64,000 bases of DNA from contig CAVPPH010000001.1 in NCBI GenBank assembly GCA_963707275.1, positions 92,625 through 156,624 on the forward strand, in the 5' to 3' direction. The position numbers were made by a program, and so were the translations under genes. The notes under the pieces are model-generated. The model saw only the letters and a list, made by a program, of their open reading frames with translations. It did not search any database and had not been told where the DNA came from. Source of the stretch: an uncultured Chloroflexia bacterium (GTDB taxonomy: Bacteria > Chloroflexota > Anaerolineae > JAAEKA01). Positions 14,775 through 27,863 of this stretch are shown one piece after another; the stretch's first letter is position 1; each line of letters starts with the position of its first letter.

Positions 14775-15793
14775 TCAGCGAAGCCGGCGATCATTTTCTC
14801 TTCCAGCCTCCGTCGCGGTCAGCGGCCGGCAGAAATCGCCGACCTGCAGCGCGTTGAGCGACAGGCCGCGCGAGGTCGTCGCGGGTCAGGCCGAACGTCG
14901 TCGGTGAGTTTCTCGAACTCCTGCGTCAGTGTCGTGTTGAACAGCGGCGGATCGTCGGAGTTGACGGTGACGCTCAATCCCATGCGCAGCAGGTGAATGA
15001 ATGGATGCTGGTCGATGCTGCGGTAGACCTTCAGGCAGACGTTGCTGGTCGGGTTGACCTCCAGCGTAATCTGTCGGTCGCGCAGCACGGCTAGCAGGTG
15101 CGGGTCCTCGATGCTGCGCACGCCATGGCCGATGCGATCGGCCTGTAGCTCACGCACCGCACTCCAGACGCTCTCTGCGCCGGCGACTTCGCCTGCGTGC
15201 GGCGCAGAACCCAACCCGGCCGCTTTGACGCGCTCGAAGTAAGGTGCAAAGGCCGCGGCGGGTGAGTTCGCCTCGTTGCCTCCCAAACCCAGCGCCACCA
15301 CGCCGCGGTCGGCCCAGTCCAGCACAAGCTGGGTCGTGACCTCGGCCACCGGCGGGGCCAGGTTGCGATGGATGTCCAGTATCCAGCGTATCTCGACGCC
15401 GAAGTCGCGCCGTGCCCGCTGCCGGCCGTCCTCCAGCCCGGCGATGATGTCCTCGGCGCGCAGCCCCTTGTCCTGGATGAGATGCGTATAGGGTGTGACA
15501 GTCGCCTCTCGGTACAGGATGTTTTGGCGCGCCATGTCCGCGCCCAGCTCGTAGGCGATGGTTGCGAAGTCGTCCGCGCTGCGCAGGCAGCTCTGGATCT
15601 TCAGGTAGATTTCGACGAAGTGCGGGAAGTCGGAGAACTGGTACCACGTTCGCAGTGCCTCTGGCGAGTCGGCCGGCAGCGCAGTGCCGTTGCGTTCAGC
15701 CAGCCGCAGCAGCGTGGCCGGCTCGATGGCGCCCTCCAGGTGGATGTGCAGTTCCGCCTTGGGCATGTTCCTGATGAACGTTGAAATGGTCAT
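14775..15793 (-). pseudogene. add: adenosine deaminase, C-terminal frameshift near 14890 (3' end uncertain, 14775-14819)
   Basis: PKAELHIHLEGA signature, HAGE, and SVTVNSDDPPLF. The last ~35 aa read sensibly only in another frame (..FGLTRDDLA..SLNALQ..). Confidence 0.8.
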
Positions 15794-18093
15794 GGTTGAC
15801 CTGCCTTGAGTTGTTCCAGAGCATTGCGAGCGCCTCCGCGTGTTGGGTCCATGGCGAGACCAGCTTCGAACTCGGCGATGGCGCGATCTGTCAAACCCGC
15901 CTTTCGATAGGCGTGGCCAAGAGTGAAGTGGAGGTTCGGATCGTCCGCACCCAGTGTTGCTGCCTGTTCGAAGGCGACGATTGCCTGGTCAATGTTGCCG
16001 TTTGCTGCCAGTATCTCGCCTCTCTGTACGTGCGCCCAGAAGTACCCCGGCCAGCGCTGGATGATGGTGTCCAATTCGCTCATGGCTTCAGCTGACAGAC
16101 CGGCATTGCCCAATGCGCTGGCCAGACCAATGTGGGCGGCGCGGTCGTTCGGAAATAGCCTAACCGTGCGGCGATACAGTGCCAGCGCGTCGGCGGCCTT
16201 GCCTTCCTTGACCAACCGGGCAGCTTCATCGCGTAGATCGGCAGCCTTGATCGGGGCGGGGTCAATGCGAACGCGCACACCATCCTCAGCCGACAGCAAT
16301 GTCTCAGCTACCAGCAGGCGACTGTTGGGTTGGTGATACGTCCGGGCGACAGGGACCGTCACGTAGCCGAACGAACCCGGGTTGTCTCTGAATTCACGGT
16401 ACTCGGTATCGTCGACAAGGGCCATTTCGCTGGCGAGTCGTTCGGGCCAAATGATCAAGCCGATCTGGTTGTCACGCAGAAAATTGAGAAACGACGTGTT
16501 TTTGTCATAAGATGAAAACCGCTGGAAGTTGTTGGGCAGGTAGACATTAAAGGAGTAGCGCGTTGTTCCGAAGGCAAGGAAACCGGTGGGCGTCTCGATG
16601 TTCAGTTCCCTGATTGCGGCCACGGTGTTCTTCTGATCTGCGTAATCCTGAATCGGCGTAACCGGCCACGTCCAGCCGCCCGCCGCGTTGGGTGTCAGCA
16701 CCAGGCTTACACAGCCGACAACAGCGATCACCGCCACCGAGTTGATGCGCAGTGCGAACCTGCCAGACGCGTGGCGCAGCGCGTTAGAGGTGATTATGGC
16801 GATCAGAGCGATCAGCAAGTATATCTGGATTGGAAAGTAGTGCGGACGCGGATAGACGACCAGGGTCGATAGAATGGTGACCGCGGATGTGATCAGCAAC
16901 AACAGGCCGGTCAGGTTGGCCAGGTGGGCCGCATCGGAGTCGGGTGCACCGAGAACTGCATACCAGAAGCGGGGAAGCCAGGAAGACTTGTCGGGAGTAC
17001 CTGTCATGGCGCTGCGGTTGCGCTGCCAGTGCTTTAGATTGGCAGTCGCGCTGATTATCAGCGCGACTGCGATCATTAGTGACCAAAACACTGGCACGAC
17101 GATTTCAGAGAACTTCGAGGCAACTGGCTTGCTCAAATATGGAGTAAGGCCCGTAGCGATCAGTTGGGCAGGGTAGTTCCGGGCATTGGTCAGAACGTGC
17201 CACAAGAACATCCTTGGATTGGCCGCAATCATCCCGGTGACACTGTCGGCATCGCCGAACACGTCTTGCGAAACCTGCTCAGCCACCACCCACGGATCGG
17301 CGTCGGATGATGTCCAGTCGGCGTAGTTGATTGAGAAGTGTTGCTTGATGGCGACGCCGCTGCGCGTGCCTTGTAGAGGATTACCCAGCATGACAACCAG
17401 CAGCAGTGTCACGCTAACCAGAAGCATGGCCTGGGCGATGTCTGATCGCTCCAGCGTCACCCTGCCGCTGCGCACTTTCAAGATGACCAGCAAAAGCGCG
17501 CCCAGACCGGCCAGCAGGAATGCAAAGCTGTACTCGGGACGTACGAAGCTCAGAAGCAGCAGGGTTAGAAGGAGGCCGAAGGGGTGAAATCGCCGCGGTA
17601 TGACCGTTGACAGCACGAGAAAACACGCCATCAGAAACACAGCGAACCGAGTCCCCATGGGCTTCACCGCCAGGTTGGAAACAGAAACCAGGTAGAGGCA
17701 AGCAAAGGCAAGAGCCACCACAGGCAGTACCCTGGCGCGGGTCAGGAAGTGGTACAGCAGAATTGGTGTGACCACACTGAGAAAGAGCATGCTCCAGTAG
17801 AAGAGCTGTACGTTGTCTCTCAGCCAAGGCAACCGACTCAAGACAAAGAACCACAGTACGTAGAGTGGTGCCCACTGGGCAGATGGAAACCCCTCCTTCA
17901 GCAACTCCACTCCGCGGAACAAGTAGAGGGCATCGTCTCCCATCTCGATATCAATGCCCCGAGTTGCAGCCCACAGCGATTTCACCATAATCGCGCCAAG
18001 AAATGCCAGCCCAATATAGAACGCAGTTCGGCTATGGCGGCCGGAGGAAGTCGAACGCTCTGTGGACGCGTCTTCTCTAGGATTGGTGACCAT
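15790..18093 (-). CDS. polytopic membrane protein with a C-terminal TPR domain (possible PMT/ArnT-like glycosyltransferase)
   Basis: Intact 767-aa ORF with more than 10 predicted TM helices in the N-terminal ~470 aa, then TPR-like repeats (..ALYRRTVRLFPNDRAAHIGLASALGNAGL..FEQAATLGADDPNLHFTLGHAYRKAG..). The functional call is an inference from architecture only. Confidence 0.45.
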   Translation of the reverse strand: MVTNPREDASTERSTSSGRHSRTAFYIGLAFLGAIMVKSLWAATRGIDIEMGDDALYLFRGVELLKEGFPSAQWAPLYVLWFFVLSRLPWLRDNVQLFYWSMLFLSVVTPILLYHFLTRARVLPVVALAFACLYLVSVSNLAVKPMGTRFAVFLMACFLVLSTVIPRRFHPFGLLLTLLLLSFVRPEYSFAFLLAGLGALLLVILKVRSGRVTLERSDIAQAMLLVSVTLLLVVMLGNPLQGTRSGVAIKQHFSINYADWTSSDADPWVVAEQVSQDVFGDADSVTGMIAANPRMFLWHVLTNARNYPAQLIATGLTPYLSKPVASKFSEIVVPVFWSLMIAVALIISATANLKHWQRNRSAMTGTPDKSSWLPRFWYAVLGAPDSDAAHLANLTGLLLLITSAVTILSTLVVYPRPHYFPIQIYLLIALIAIITSNALRHASGRFALRINSVAVIAVVGCVSLVLTPNAAGGWTWPVTPIQDYADQKNTVAAIRELNIETPTGFLAFGTTRYSFNVYLPNNFQRFSSYDKNTSFLNFLRDNQIGLIIWPERLASEMALVDDTEYREFRDNPGSFGYVTVPVARTYHQPNSRLLVAETLLSAEDGVRVRIDPAPIKAADLRDEAARLVKEGKAADALALYRRTVRLFPNDRAAHIGLASALGNAGLSAEAMSELDTIIQRWPGYFWAHVQRGEILAANGNIDQAIVAFEQAATLGADDPNLHFTLGHAYRKAGLTDRAIAEFEAGLAMDPTRGGARNALEQLKAGQP

Positions 18094-18254
18094 TGATCAA
18101 CTCAAGTCAAAGGGGTCAATATGAGCTTATGCTGAATTCCGGTTAGGCAATTGCTGTTCCAAAACAAGTCTGTCCCTTGCATCGGCCAGGCATTTCTGTC
18201 TCGCGTAAGGTGCCGGGTGGCTTGCGCGGATTGCGAATACCAGCGCGTTGCGTC

Positions 18255-18899
18255 TCAACAGTCGTGGTCAGCGCATATCCTGTCAACGACCGGCCTCAGC
18301 TCGAGGATCGTGTCGATCCGGTAGTCGGCGCGGTCGTCAGGATCGCCGTCCACTAGCACGGTCACCATGCCCAGCGCGGCGGCCGGCTGCAGGTTGCGCC
18401 CGCTGTCCTCGATCATGACGCACTCGTCGGGCTGGCGTCCAGCAGGCGCAGGCAACTGGTGTAGGCCGGCAGGTTGGGTTTGCTGACGTAATCCGACGGC
18501 CACTACGTCGATGATGCGGCTGAAGTGGCGGCGGATGCCCAGTCGCTGCAGGACACGCTCGGCGTGCGCGCGGTCGGCGTTGGTGAAGATCACCTTTTCA
18601 GCCGGCAGGCTGGCCAGCAGGCTGTCCAGCGCAGGGTCAGGGGCCAGCGCGTCCAGCGAGAGATTGTGGACGTGGTTCAGGTAGCGGTCGGGATCGATCT
18701 GGTGGTTGGCCAGCAACCCTTGCAGCGATGTGCCATACTCGTGGTGATAGCGCCGCGCCAGCGCGTCGGCGTCCTCGACCGACAGGCCCAGGGTCTCGAC
18801 GATGTAGCCGCGGATTCGCCTGCCGATTTGTGCCATCACCCCCGCGCTGCGCGGATAAAGCGTCTCGTCCAGGTCAAACAGAAGGTAGCGGATGGGCAT
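18255..18899 (-). pseudogene. HAD-superfamily hydrolase (pyrimidine 5'-nucleotidase-like), two compensating frameshifts (about 18430 and 18490)
   Basis: The DxDxT motif (LLFDLDETLY) lies just after the start at 18899, and IEDSGRNL lies near the C-terminus. The segment SKPNLPAYTSCLRLLDA is readable only in another frame. The upstream 18 codons of the tracked ORF are translated repeat sequence. Confidence 0.7.
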
Positions 18900-18907
18900 G
18901 GGGAGTG

Positions 18908-18990
18908 GCAGGTTACAAGTTGCGGGTTGCAGGCGGCACGCTCTAGGTGGCATCCAGTCCCCAGCCCCTAGACCCTACGCCCTACACCCC
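18908..18990. repeat. two adjacent heptamer arrays (GTTGCAG type, then CCCTACG type)
   Basis: 18908-18933 reads gcaggttacaagttgcgggttgcagg. 18955-18990 reads ccagtccccagcccctagaccctacgccctacacccc. Near-identical or inverted copies occur at 47315-47341 and 28167-28206. Confidence 0.7.
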
Positions 18991-18992
18991 AT

Positions 18993-19803
18993 TCACGACG
19001 ACAGCTTCACCATCGCGCGGAAGACGCGGTAGACGGTGAGGTAGTCTTCGTGCGCGTATTCCAGCGTGTAGCCGTCCAGCCGACGGCTGCCGGGGATCAG
19101 GCTGGCGTAGTCGGCCATCAGGCTGGATTTGAGGCGCACGCGCAATACGACCGGGCCTTCCAGCCGCATGCGGTGCAACGGCTGCGCCCAGCGCCTCGTC
19201 GGCCGCCTGGCGGATCATGCTCTGCACCTCTTCGGGATGCAGGCAGATGGCGGCCTGGTTGCCCACCGCGCGCTTGACCGTGACGATCTTGACGTTGGGG
19301 CCGAGCAGCGCCCGTGCCTCTTCCGTGGCGGCCTGGTCGCCGGTCACCAGACCGACCGGCACGCCGTAATACCCGGCCAGCGCCGCGTTCAGGCCGATCT
19401 CGCCCACCGGCTTGCCGTTGAGTTCCACGTGCGCGACGACCTTGCCGCTGTAGGTGTGGTCGAGGATGGCGTTTTCTGTGCCGGCGCGTGCGTGGTAGCC
19501 GACGAAAAACACGACGCCGAAGGTATCGTCCAGCCCCTCCATCATCCCGTAGGTCTTGGGGGAGCCGGAGATCAGGTCGGCCCAGGAGTCGAGCTCATCG
19601 ATCAAAAGGTTGCGCATGCTGCCGTGCGAGTCGTTGACCACGACCTCACTGGCGCCGCCGGCGCGCGCGCCCAGAATCGCCGAGTTGGCTTCCTCGGTCA
19701 TCAGCTTGCAGGCCAGCTCGTAGCCCGCGCCGCCAGGGCTGGTCTGCTCCGGGCTGACGATCCCCGAAACGCCTTCCAAGTCAACTGATATGTATACTTT
19801 CAT
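18993..19803 (-). pseudogene. M55-family D-aminopeptidase (DppA-like), frameshift near 19180
   Basis: MKVYISVDLEGVSGI..TEEAN..VVNDSHGSMRNL..MEGLDDTF..FFVGYHARAGT is collinear with B. subtilis DppA. The C-terminus continues in ORF 18993..19178. Confidence 0.8.
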
Positions 19804-20034
19804 GGATTGATCTTTTTGGTGGGTAGGTCCGCGGCGGGTATGCAGCGGGCTAGGAAGCACTGGCTTGCCGGCTCGCAACCGGCAGCCGGCAAAATCATAG
19901 CACACGGCAGGCGGAATGACAAGACCGGGGCCTTCAGAGTTGGCATCTGGCGGCATTACCGGAGGACTACTTTCGACGCGTTAGCTTCAATGTGCGTAGA
20001 CCCGCCAGATGCCGACTCTCGAGCCGAAAACGCA

Positions 20035-20062
20035 AAGCGGGCCAGGAACTCCTGGCCCGCTT
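20035..20062 (-). terminator. rho-independent terminator of the beta-oxidation/ETF operon
   Basis: aagcgggccagg-aact-cctggcccgctt. On the minus strand the stem is followed by TTTGCGTTTTCGG, 20 nt after the etfA stop. Confidence 0.65.
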
Positions 20063-20081
20063 CGCATCACGGCTAAGTTGC

Positions 20082-21104
20082 CTAGGCCTGCAATGCCTCG
20101 ATCAACGCCGGGATGATCTCCTCCACCTCGCCGACGATGCCGTAGTCGGCGTGCTTGAAGATCGGCGCGTCGGGGTTATGGTTGATGGCGACCACGCACT
20201 TTGCGCCCTTCGGTTGCGCCGAAGTGCTGAAAGGTGCCGCGGACGCCGCAGGCGATGTAGAGGTCGGGCGCGACGATGTGCTTTGTCATGTCAACCATGT
20301 ACTCGGTGTCGATCAGCCCTTCATCCACCGCGCCGCGTGAGCCGGCCACGGCGATGCGTTTCTGTGGCATCTTGCGTGCGAAGGCCGCTGCCAGTTCCTC
20401 GACCAGTTGCCAGCCGCCGTGGCGCACACCGCGGCCGCCGGCGATGATGATGTCGGCCCGCTCCAGCGGCATGTAGGTGCGGGGCGGCTCGACCGGGTTC
20501 AGCGGCGGTTGCGGCGTCCAGACCAGCTCCACCGGGATCGACCTCGCCGGAGCGCCAGCTATCGCGGTAGGGGGTTGGGAAGGAGCCGGGTACGACCGTT
20601 GCCATCTGCGGGTGGTGGTGGCAGGCGACCACTTGATAGGCCTGGCCGCCGTACAGCGGAGTGGCAGCCAGCAGGCTGCGGTTCTCTGGGTCCAGCATGA
20701 CATCGACCGCGTGGGTCACCAGCGATGCGCCCAGCCGCTGCGCGACCTGGGGTGCCAGCTTGCGGATGCCAGCAGCGCTGTTCCACAGCACCATCTCCGG
20801 CATCTTCTCGCTCGAAGAAGCGCGCCAGGCTTTCGTCGGTCGGATAGCCAAGGCCGAGGTAGACCGTGTCGCCGCCGTAGGCGATCAGCTCCTGGCGCCA
20901 TTTGCTCGCTGGCTGTTTCGCCGAGCAGCAGCGCGTGGACGTATGCGCCCAGGCTGTCGGCCAGATCGCGCGCCTTGCCGACAAGTTGATAGTCGCTTTC
21001 CTTGAGCTTGCCGACCAGGCCATGGCAACTACCCATACGTTGCGGTAGCCTTCTTGCTCTTCGACTTCCTCGCCCAGGAGTTGTTCAAGAAATGACAGAT
21101 CCAT
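20082..21104 (-). pseudogene. etfA: electron transfer flavoprotein alpha subunit, about 3 frameshifts
   Basis: Fragments 20559..21104, 20321..20851 and 20176..20703 are collinear. They contain [12 protein letters not shown] and a C-terminal [19 protein letters not shown].. Confidence 0.8.
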
Positions 21105-21122
21105 ATGCTATCTCCTTGCCAG

Positions 21123-21913
21123 CTAGAGCACGCGGCGAGTGCGCAGGTTGGCCAACAGCGCGGTGGCGGCCTCGACCGGCGAGCCTTCCAGCATGACGCC
21201 CAGTTTCCCGCTCTGGCGGCACCCGCAAGCGGCGATCAGTGGTCGGCGCCGGCAAGCTGGCCAGGTCGATGCCCAGCGACAGGCTGCTCCACGTCTCCAC
21301 GTGTCGCAGCCCGGTAGGCGTTCATGATGCGCAGCGCCGTGCGCATAGCGCGGCTGTTCGGGCGTTTCGCGGACCGAGACCACGACGGGCAGGGGATCGG
21401 TGCTCTTGTAGTAGCAGTCGTCGATGTACTGCAGGCCGGTGGCGTGCCGGCCCTCGACGGTAAGCTGCTCGACGTCCATCATCACGCTGCCAGTCGCCCA
21501 GCTCGATGGCCAGCCGCGGCGCCAGCTCGCCGCGCCCTGTGTCGACGGCCATCGCGCCGGTCAGCACCAGTCTCGACACCACGCAGCCGCTTGATGGCTG
21601 CGGCCATCACCTTGGCCCGGCCGGCCGCCGGTAGCTTTGACAAGCACTGGATCGCTCAGCAGGATCGCCCGGTCCGCGCCCAGCGCCAGCGCCTCGCGCA
21701 GGATATCCTCCGCCAGTCGCTGTTGCCGATGGTGATGGCGATCAGCTCGGTGGTGGGATCCTTTTCCTTGAAGCGCAGCGCGGTGTCCAGCGCCCAGCGG
21801 TCGGGTGGGTTGAGTGATCTTCTTCGCCGCCGATCGTCGATGGCCTGGCGGCTGCGGCTGACCTTGATCGTGGCAGGGTCCAGGACTTGTTTGATGCAGA
21901 CAGCAATACGCAT
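21123..21913 (-). pseudogene. etfB: electron transfer flavoprotein beta subunit, at least 2 frameshifts
   Basis: N-terminal MRIAVCIKQVLDPATIKV.. (21656..21913) and C-terminal fragments (..VVSVRETPEQPRYA.. in 21123..21485). It lies immediately upstream of etfA. Confidence 0.75.
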
Positions 21914-21936
21914 GTTGCCTCCTTGCGGGCTCAGCC

Positions 21937-23105
21937 CTACGGCTCGATGGACACGCCCACATCCCGCAGCAGGTCGCGGGCGATGATGATGCGCTGGATC
22001 TCGTTGGTGCCCTCGAAGATCTCGGCGATGCGCGGCATCGCGGAAGGCACGCTCCAGCGAGATAGTCGCGGCTCAGCCCAAGCGCACCGTGGATCTCCAT
22101 GGCGTAGCTGACGCACTTGCTGGCAGATCTCGCTGCCCATCAGCTTGCAGACGTAGGCTTCCCGGTTGAAGGGCCGGTGGTTGTCCACCAGCCACGCCGT
22201 GCGATAGACCAGGCCGCGCAGCATCTCGATCCACGAGAACATGTCGGCGATCATGAACTGCACCTGCTGCTGGTGTGCGACCGGTCATGCCGTACTTCTC
22301 AGCCAGCCGGACGTAGTCGATGACCATCTCCAGCGTCTTCTGCGCGCCGCCCAGCGAGGCCGCGCCGACGGTCACCCGGCCCAGGTCCAGCGTCTTCATG
22401 AAGGTCACGAAGCCCAGGCCCTCCTGGCCGATGATGTTGGCCGCCGGCACTTCGACCTCGTCGAAGATGATCTCAGAGGTGGCCGAGGCGCGAATGCCCA
22501 GCTTCTTCTCGACGGTGCCGACCTTGACGCCCATCCCCTTGTCGGCCACGAACGCCGTCACACCGCCGCGAGCGCCCAGGGCCGGATCGGTCACTGCCAG
22601 CACCGAGAAGAGATCGGCAAAGGGGCCGTTGCTGATGTAGATCTTGTTGCCGGTGATCACCCAATTGCCGTTGGAGCGGATGGCGCGCGTCTTGATGGCC
22701 GCCGCGTCGGAGCCAGCGCCCGCCTCGGTCAGGCAGAACGCGCCGTATCTTCTCGCCGGTGGCCAGCGGAGTGAGGTACTTCTCCTTCAGCGCGTGCGAG
22801 CCATCGACGTAGAGCGCCATGGCGGCGATGCCGATGTGCGCGCCGACGATGGTCGCCAGGGAGCTGTCGACCCGGCTGATCTCCTCCATCAGGATGACGT
22901 AGCCCAGCTCGCCTGCGCCGCTGCCGCCGTATTCTTGAGGGAAGGGAATGCCGAACAGCCCGGCCTTGCCGGCCACTTCCATGGCTGCAAAGGGGACTTC
23001 CGCCTTCTCGTCCGCCTCTTCCGCCACCGGAGCAAACTCGTTCTCCATTACGTCGCGGATCATCTGTCGCAGCAGGTCATATTCTTTGGGGAGTGTCAGG
23101 TCCAT
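21937..23105 (-). pseudogene. acyl-CoA dehydrogenase, about 2 frameshifts
   Basis: MDLTLPKEYDLLRQMIRDVMENEFAP.. (start at 23105), ..ITGNKIYISNGPFADLF.. and the C-terminal ..IFEGTNEIQRIIIARDLL are collinear ACAD segments across three tracked ORFs. Confidence 0.85.
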
Positions 23106-23145
23106 AGAGGTCTCCTTTCTACGCCAGTCTCCAGGCCGTGCGCCG

Positions 23146-24272
23146 CTAAGCATGCTGCGCGCGATAGCGGTTCTGCTGAGAGCGATTGCTGCCCTCAATG
23201 CCCTCGATGGTGCGGCAGTCGCGGAAGACCCGGCCGATAGCGTAGTCGAGGATGTAGCCGTAGCCTCCGTGGGTCTGGATCATACGGTTGGCCACCTGAT
23301 AGGCGACGCGGTTGGCCCACAGCTTGGCAATGGATGCCGCTTCGCCGTCCAGCTTGTCCTGCTCGGCCAGCGACGCACAGCGGTAGATCTGGCTGCGCAG
23401 CGTCTCGACCTCCACCGCCGAGTCGGCGATGAACGCCTGGATGGCGCCCTTGCTGTGCGATCTCCACGCCGAACTGCTTGCGTTCGATGGCGAAGTTAAC
23501 GCCCAGCTCCAGGGCATGGTGAGCGCCGCCCAGGGCGATGGTCGCCATGGCCAGTCGCGAGAAGTTGTTGACGCTGTCGAGAACGGCTTGAGCACCGCCT
23601 GGCTGCCCAGCACCATGTCGGCCGGCACGACCACGTCGTTCAGGTAGAGTGGATGCACCTGTACGCCGCGCATGCCCAGGGTCTTGTCGCGGTGGCCCAG
23701 CTTGAATCCCGGGCTGCCGGCCGGCACCAGGAACGCCGTGGCTCCTTCGATGCGCTGCGGCCACCACGACATACAGACCGGCAATCGCCGCGTTGGAGAC
23801 CCATGCCTTGGCGCCGTTCAGCCGGTAGCCGTCGCCATCAGGCGATGGCTCTTGTTCTGCAGGTCGGCCAGCCCGCTGCCGTCAGGCTCCGCGAAGGCCC
23901 AGGCGCCGATGGCGCTGCCCTCGGCCAGAGCAGGCAGCCAGGCTTCCTGCTGTGCCTCGCTGCCGAGTAGCAGGATCGCTCGGCCGGCGAGGCCGTTGTG
24001 GACGTGCAGCACCATGGCCGTGCTCATGCAGGACTTCGGCGACTTCCTCAAGCAGCAGGATGTAGCTGACCGCGTCCAGTGCGGCGCCCGCCGAAGTCCT
24101 CCGGCAGCAGCGCGCCCAGAAAGCCCTGCATGGCACTCTTGCTGCAGCAGGCTCATGCGGAACTGGCTTCGTCGTCGTCCATGTGCTCGGCCTGCGGCTC
24201 GATCTCCTTGGCGACGAAGCCGGTAAACATGTCGCGGAACATCTGCTGTTCTTCGGTGAAGGAATAGTCCAT
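23146..24272 (-). pseudogene. acyl-CoA dehydrogenase (second copy), at least 2 frameshifts
   Basis: The start MDYSFTEEQQMFRDMF.. at 24272 follows GAAGGAGG. The C-terminal ..QTHGGYGYILDYAIGRVFRDCRTIEGIEGSN.. is in 23146..23784. Confidence 0.8.
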
Positions 24273-24356
24273 TTCGCCTCCTTCGTCATCCGCCAGCGGC
24301 GGGCAGGCTAGCTTGCCTTGGTACCCTGATCTGGATGAGCGAGAACTGATTCTGCC

Positions 24357-24406
24357 ACGAATTATGCGAATCTGACGAAATCCAGAGTCAGAATCGTATA
24401 ATTCGT
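24357..24406. repeat. imperfect palindrome of ACGAATT-type short repeats in the crotonase/ACAD spacer
   Basis: acgaattatgcgaatctgac gaaatccaga gtcagaatcgtataattcgt. The arms are complementary at 18 of 20 positions. Confidence 0.6.
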
Positions 24407-24451
24407 AGCAGATTGTTTGGCTCGCTGGGTAAGGAATCAAGTGTCTGGGTT

Positions 24452-25243
24452 CTAATTATCCGAGAACTGCGGCTTGCGCTTCTCCAGGAAGGCCAGCACA
24501 CCTTCGCGGGCGTCGTTGGTCTCGACCAGGCCGGTGAAGCTGGTCATCTCCTGCGCCAGGCCCTCGGTCATGCGTCAGTCTGCGTGCCGGCGTCGATGGA
24601 CTTCCAGCGCGGCGGCGATGGCCAGGGCGCCCATGCCGGCGATCTTCTTGGCCAGGCCCATGGCCTCGCGCGACCACCGCGTTGGCCGGGACGACCTTGT
24701 TGACCAGGTCGACGCGGTAGGCTTCCTGCGCGGTGATCAGATCGCCGGTCAGGATCATCTCGGTGGCCTTGGCGCGGCCGACGGCTTGCGCAAGGCGCTG
24801 GGTGCCGCCCCAGCCGGGGATGATGCCCAGGGTGATCTCAGGCAGGCCAAAGCGGGCCTTGTCGCCGCGATGCGCATGTGGCAGGCCAGCGCCAGCTCCA
24901 GCCCGCCGCCGGCTGCTGCCGCGTTGACGGCCGCGATGACCGGCTTGCGGCTGGCTTCGATCTTGCCGAAAACCTGCTGGCCCTTGGCGATGAAGGCGTG
25001 GGCCGCGTTCGGGTCGGCAGCCAGGGCCTTGACTTCGTTGAGGTCGGCCCCGGCCACAAAGGCGTACTGGCCCGCGCCGGTGATGATGATCACCTTGACG
25101 TCAGGGTTGGCGGTGGCCTCGTCGAAGGCGCCTTCCAGGTCGCTCATGGTGGCCGCGTTGAAGGCGTTGACCGGCGGGTGGTTCAGCATGATCACCGCGA
25201 CCCGGTCTTGACTGCCGTACTTTGAGTTCTGATACTCTGTCAT
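24452..25243 (-). pseudogene. enoyl-CoA hydratase (crotonase family), at least 2 frameshifts
   Basis: ..[17 protein letters not shown].. and ..[23 protein letters not shown].. are in 24755..25243. The C-terminus ..[12 protein letters not shown] ends at 24452 in another frame. Confidence 0.8.
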
Positions 25244-25263
25244 GTTCGTGTGTGCTCCTTAGA

Positions 25264-26530
25264 TTACTGATGAGGAAGTCGAGCATCGACTTCGGCGTAT
25301 TCGTGGAAGCCGCGGCCGGACTGTCTTGCCCAGCTCGCCGGCTTGCGACCTTGGTCAATCAGCAGATCGGCCGGGCGGAAGCGCTCACCGCCCCACGGTT
25401 CGTGCCATCATGCGCTCCAGGCCGGCCAGCACCACGTCCAGGCCGAATTCGTCGGCGATGGCCAGCGGCCCGATGCGCTCGCCGTCGTAGCGACATGCCG
25501 GTGCCGGCGATCATGGCCATGTCGATGTCGGGGATCGAGGCGATCTCCTCTTCGGCGATTAGGGCCGCTTCGTTGATCATCGGGAAGACCAGGCGCTCGA
25601 CTGAGAACTTGCCGACGGGGATGCCGCTCGGCCTGGATTTCGGCGATCATCTCCTTGACCGGCTCATCCGACTGGTCGCCGTAGCCGTAGAAGCCCGCGC
25701 CGCTCTTCTCGCCCAGCCGGCCGGCATCCACCAGCATCTGCAGGATCTGTGGCGAGCGCGAAGCGTTCGCCGTACTGGCTGGCCATGTAGACGCCGGCGT
25801 GCAAGCTGACGTCCAGACCCATGAAGTCCAGCAGGGTGAACGGTCCCATGGGCATGCCAAATTCCACCATGGCCTCGTCGATCTCTTCGGCCGTGGCAGC
25901 GCCTTCCTGCAACGCCAGCATCGCCTCGCCCAGATAGGGCGCCAGCAGGCGGTTGACCAGGAAGCCGGGGCATTCCTTGACCACCACAGGTATCTTGCGC
26001 AGGTCCTGGGCGAACTGCACGACGTGTCTTCGACCGATGTCCTCGCTGGTGGCAGGGCTGCGCACCACCTCGACCAGTTTCATGACGTGGGCCGGGCTGA
26101 AGAAGTGCATCCCGACGACCTTGCTGCCGGCCGGCTGGTGGCTGCCCCCATCTCCTCGATGGAGAGCGCCGAGGTGTTGGAGGCGAAGATCGCGCCCTCG
26201 TGGCAGCACCTCGTCCAGCTCCTCGAAGACCGCGCTGCTTGAGCGCCATGTTCTTCCGGCACCGCTTCGATGACGATGTCGACATCCTCGAAGTCGGCGT
26301 AGTCCAGCGTGAACTCGATCAGATCCATCTTGTCCAGCAGCTCAGCCTGGCTCATCTTGCCCTTGTCCACCCGGCTCTGGTAGATCTCGCGGATGTGCGC
26401 CTCGGCCTTGTCCAGCATGCGCCTGGTCCACGTCCTTGACCACCACCGGCAGCCCGCTGAAGCTGATCACCTGCGCGATCTCAGCGCCCATGAACCCGGC
26501 GCCGACGACGCCTGCCTTGAAAATGTACAT
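25264..26530 (-). pseudogene. 3-hydroxyacyl-CoA dehydrogenase, at least 4 frameshifts
   Basis: N-terminal Rossmann motif MYIFKAGVVGAGFMGAEIAQ, ..FFSPAHVMKLVEV.., ..CPGFLVNRLL.., ..GPF.LLDF.GLDV.. and the C-terminal ..GRGFHEYAEV are spread over five tracked ORFs in collinear order. Confidence 0.8.
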
Positions 26531-26584
26531 TGGTTACCTCTCTCTGCGTTTCGAGCAGCAATACAGTAATCGGTGATCACGTGA

Positions 26585-27863
<1,279 letters not shown>

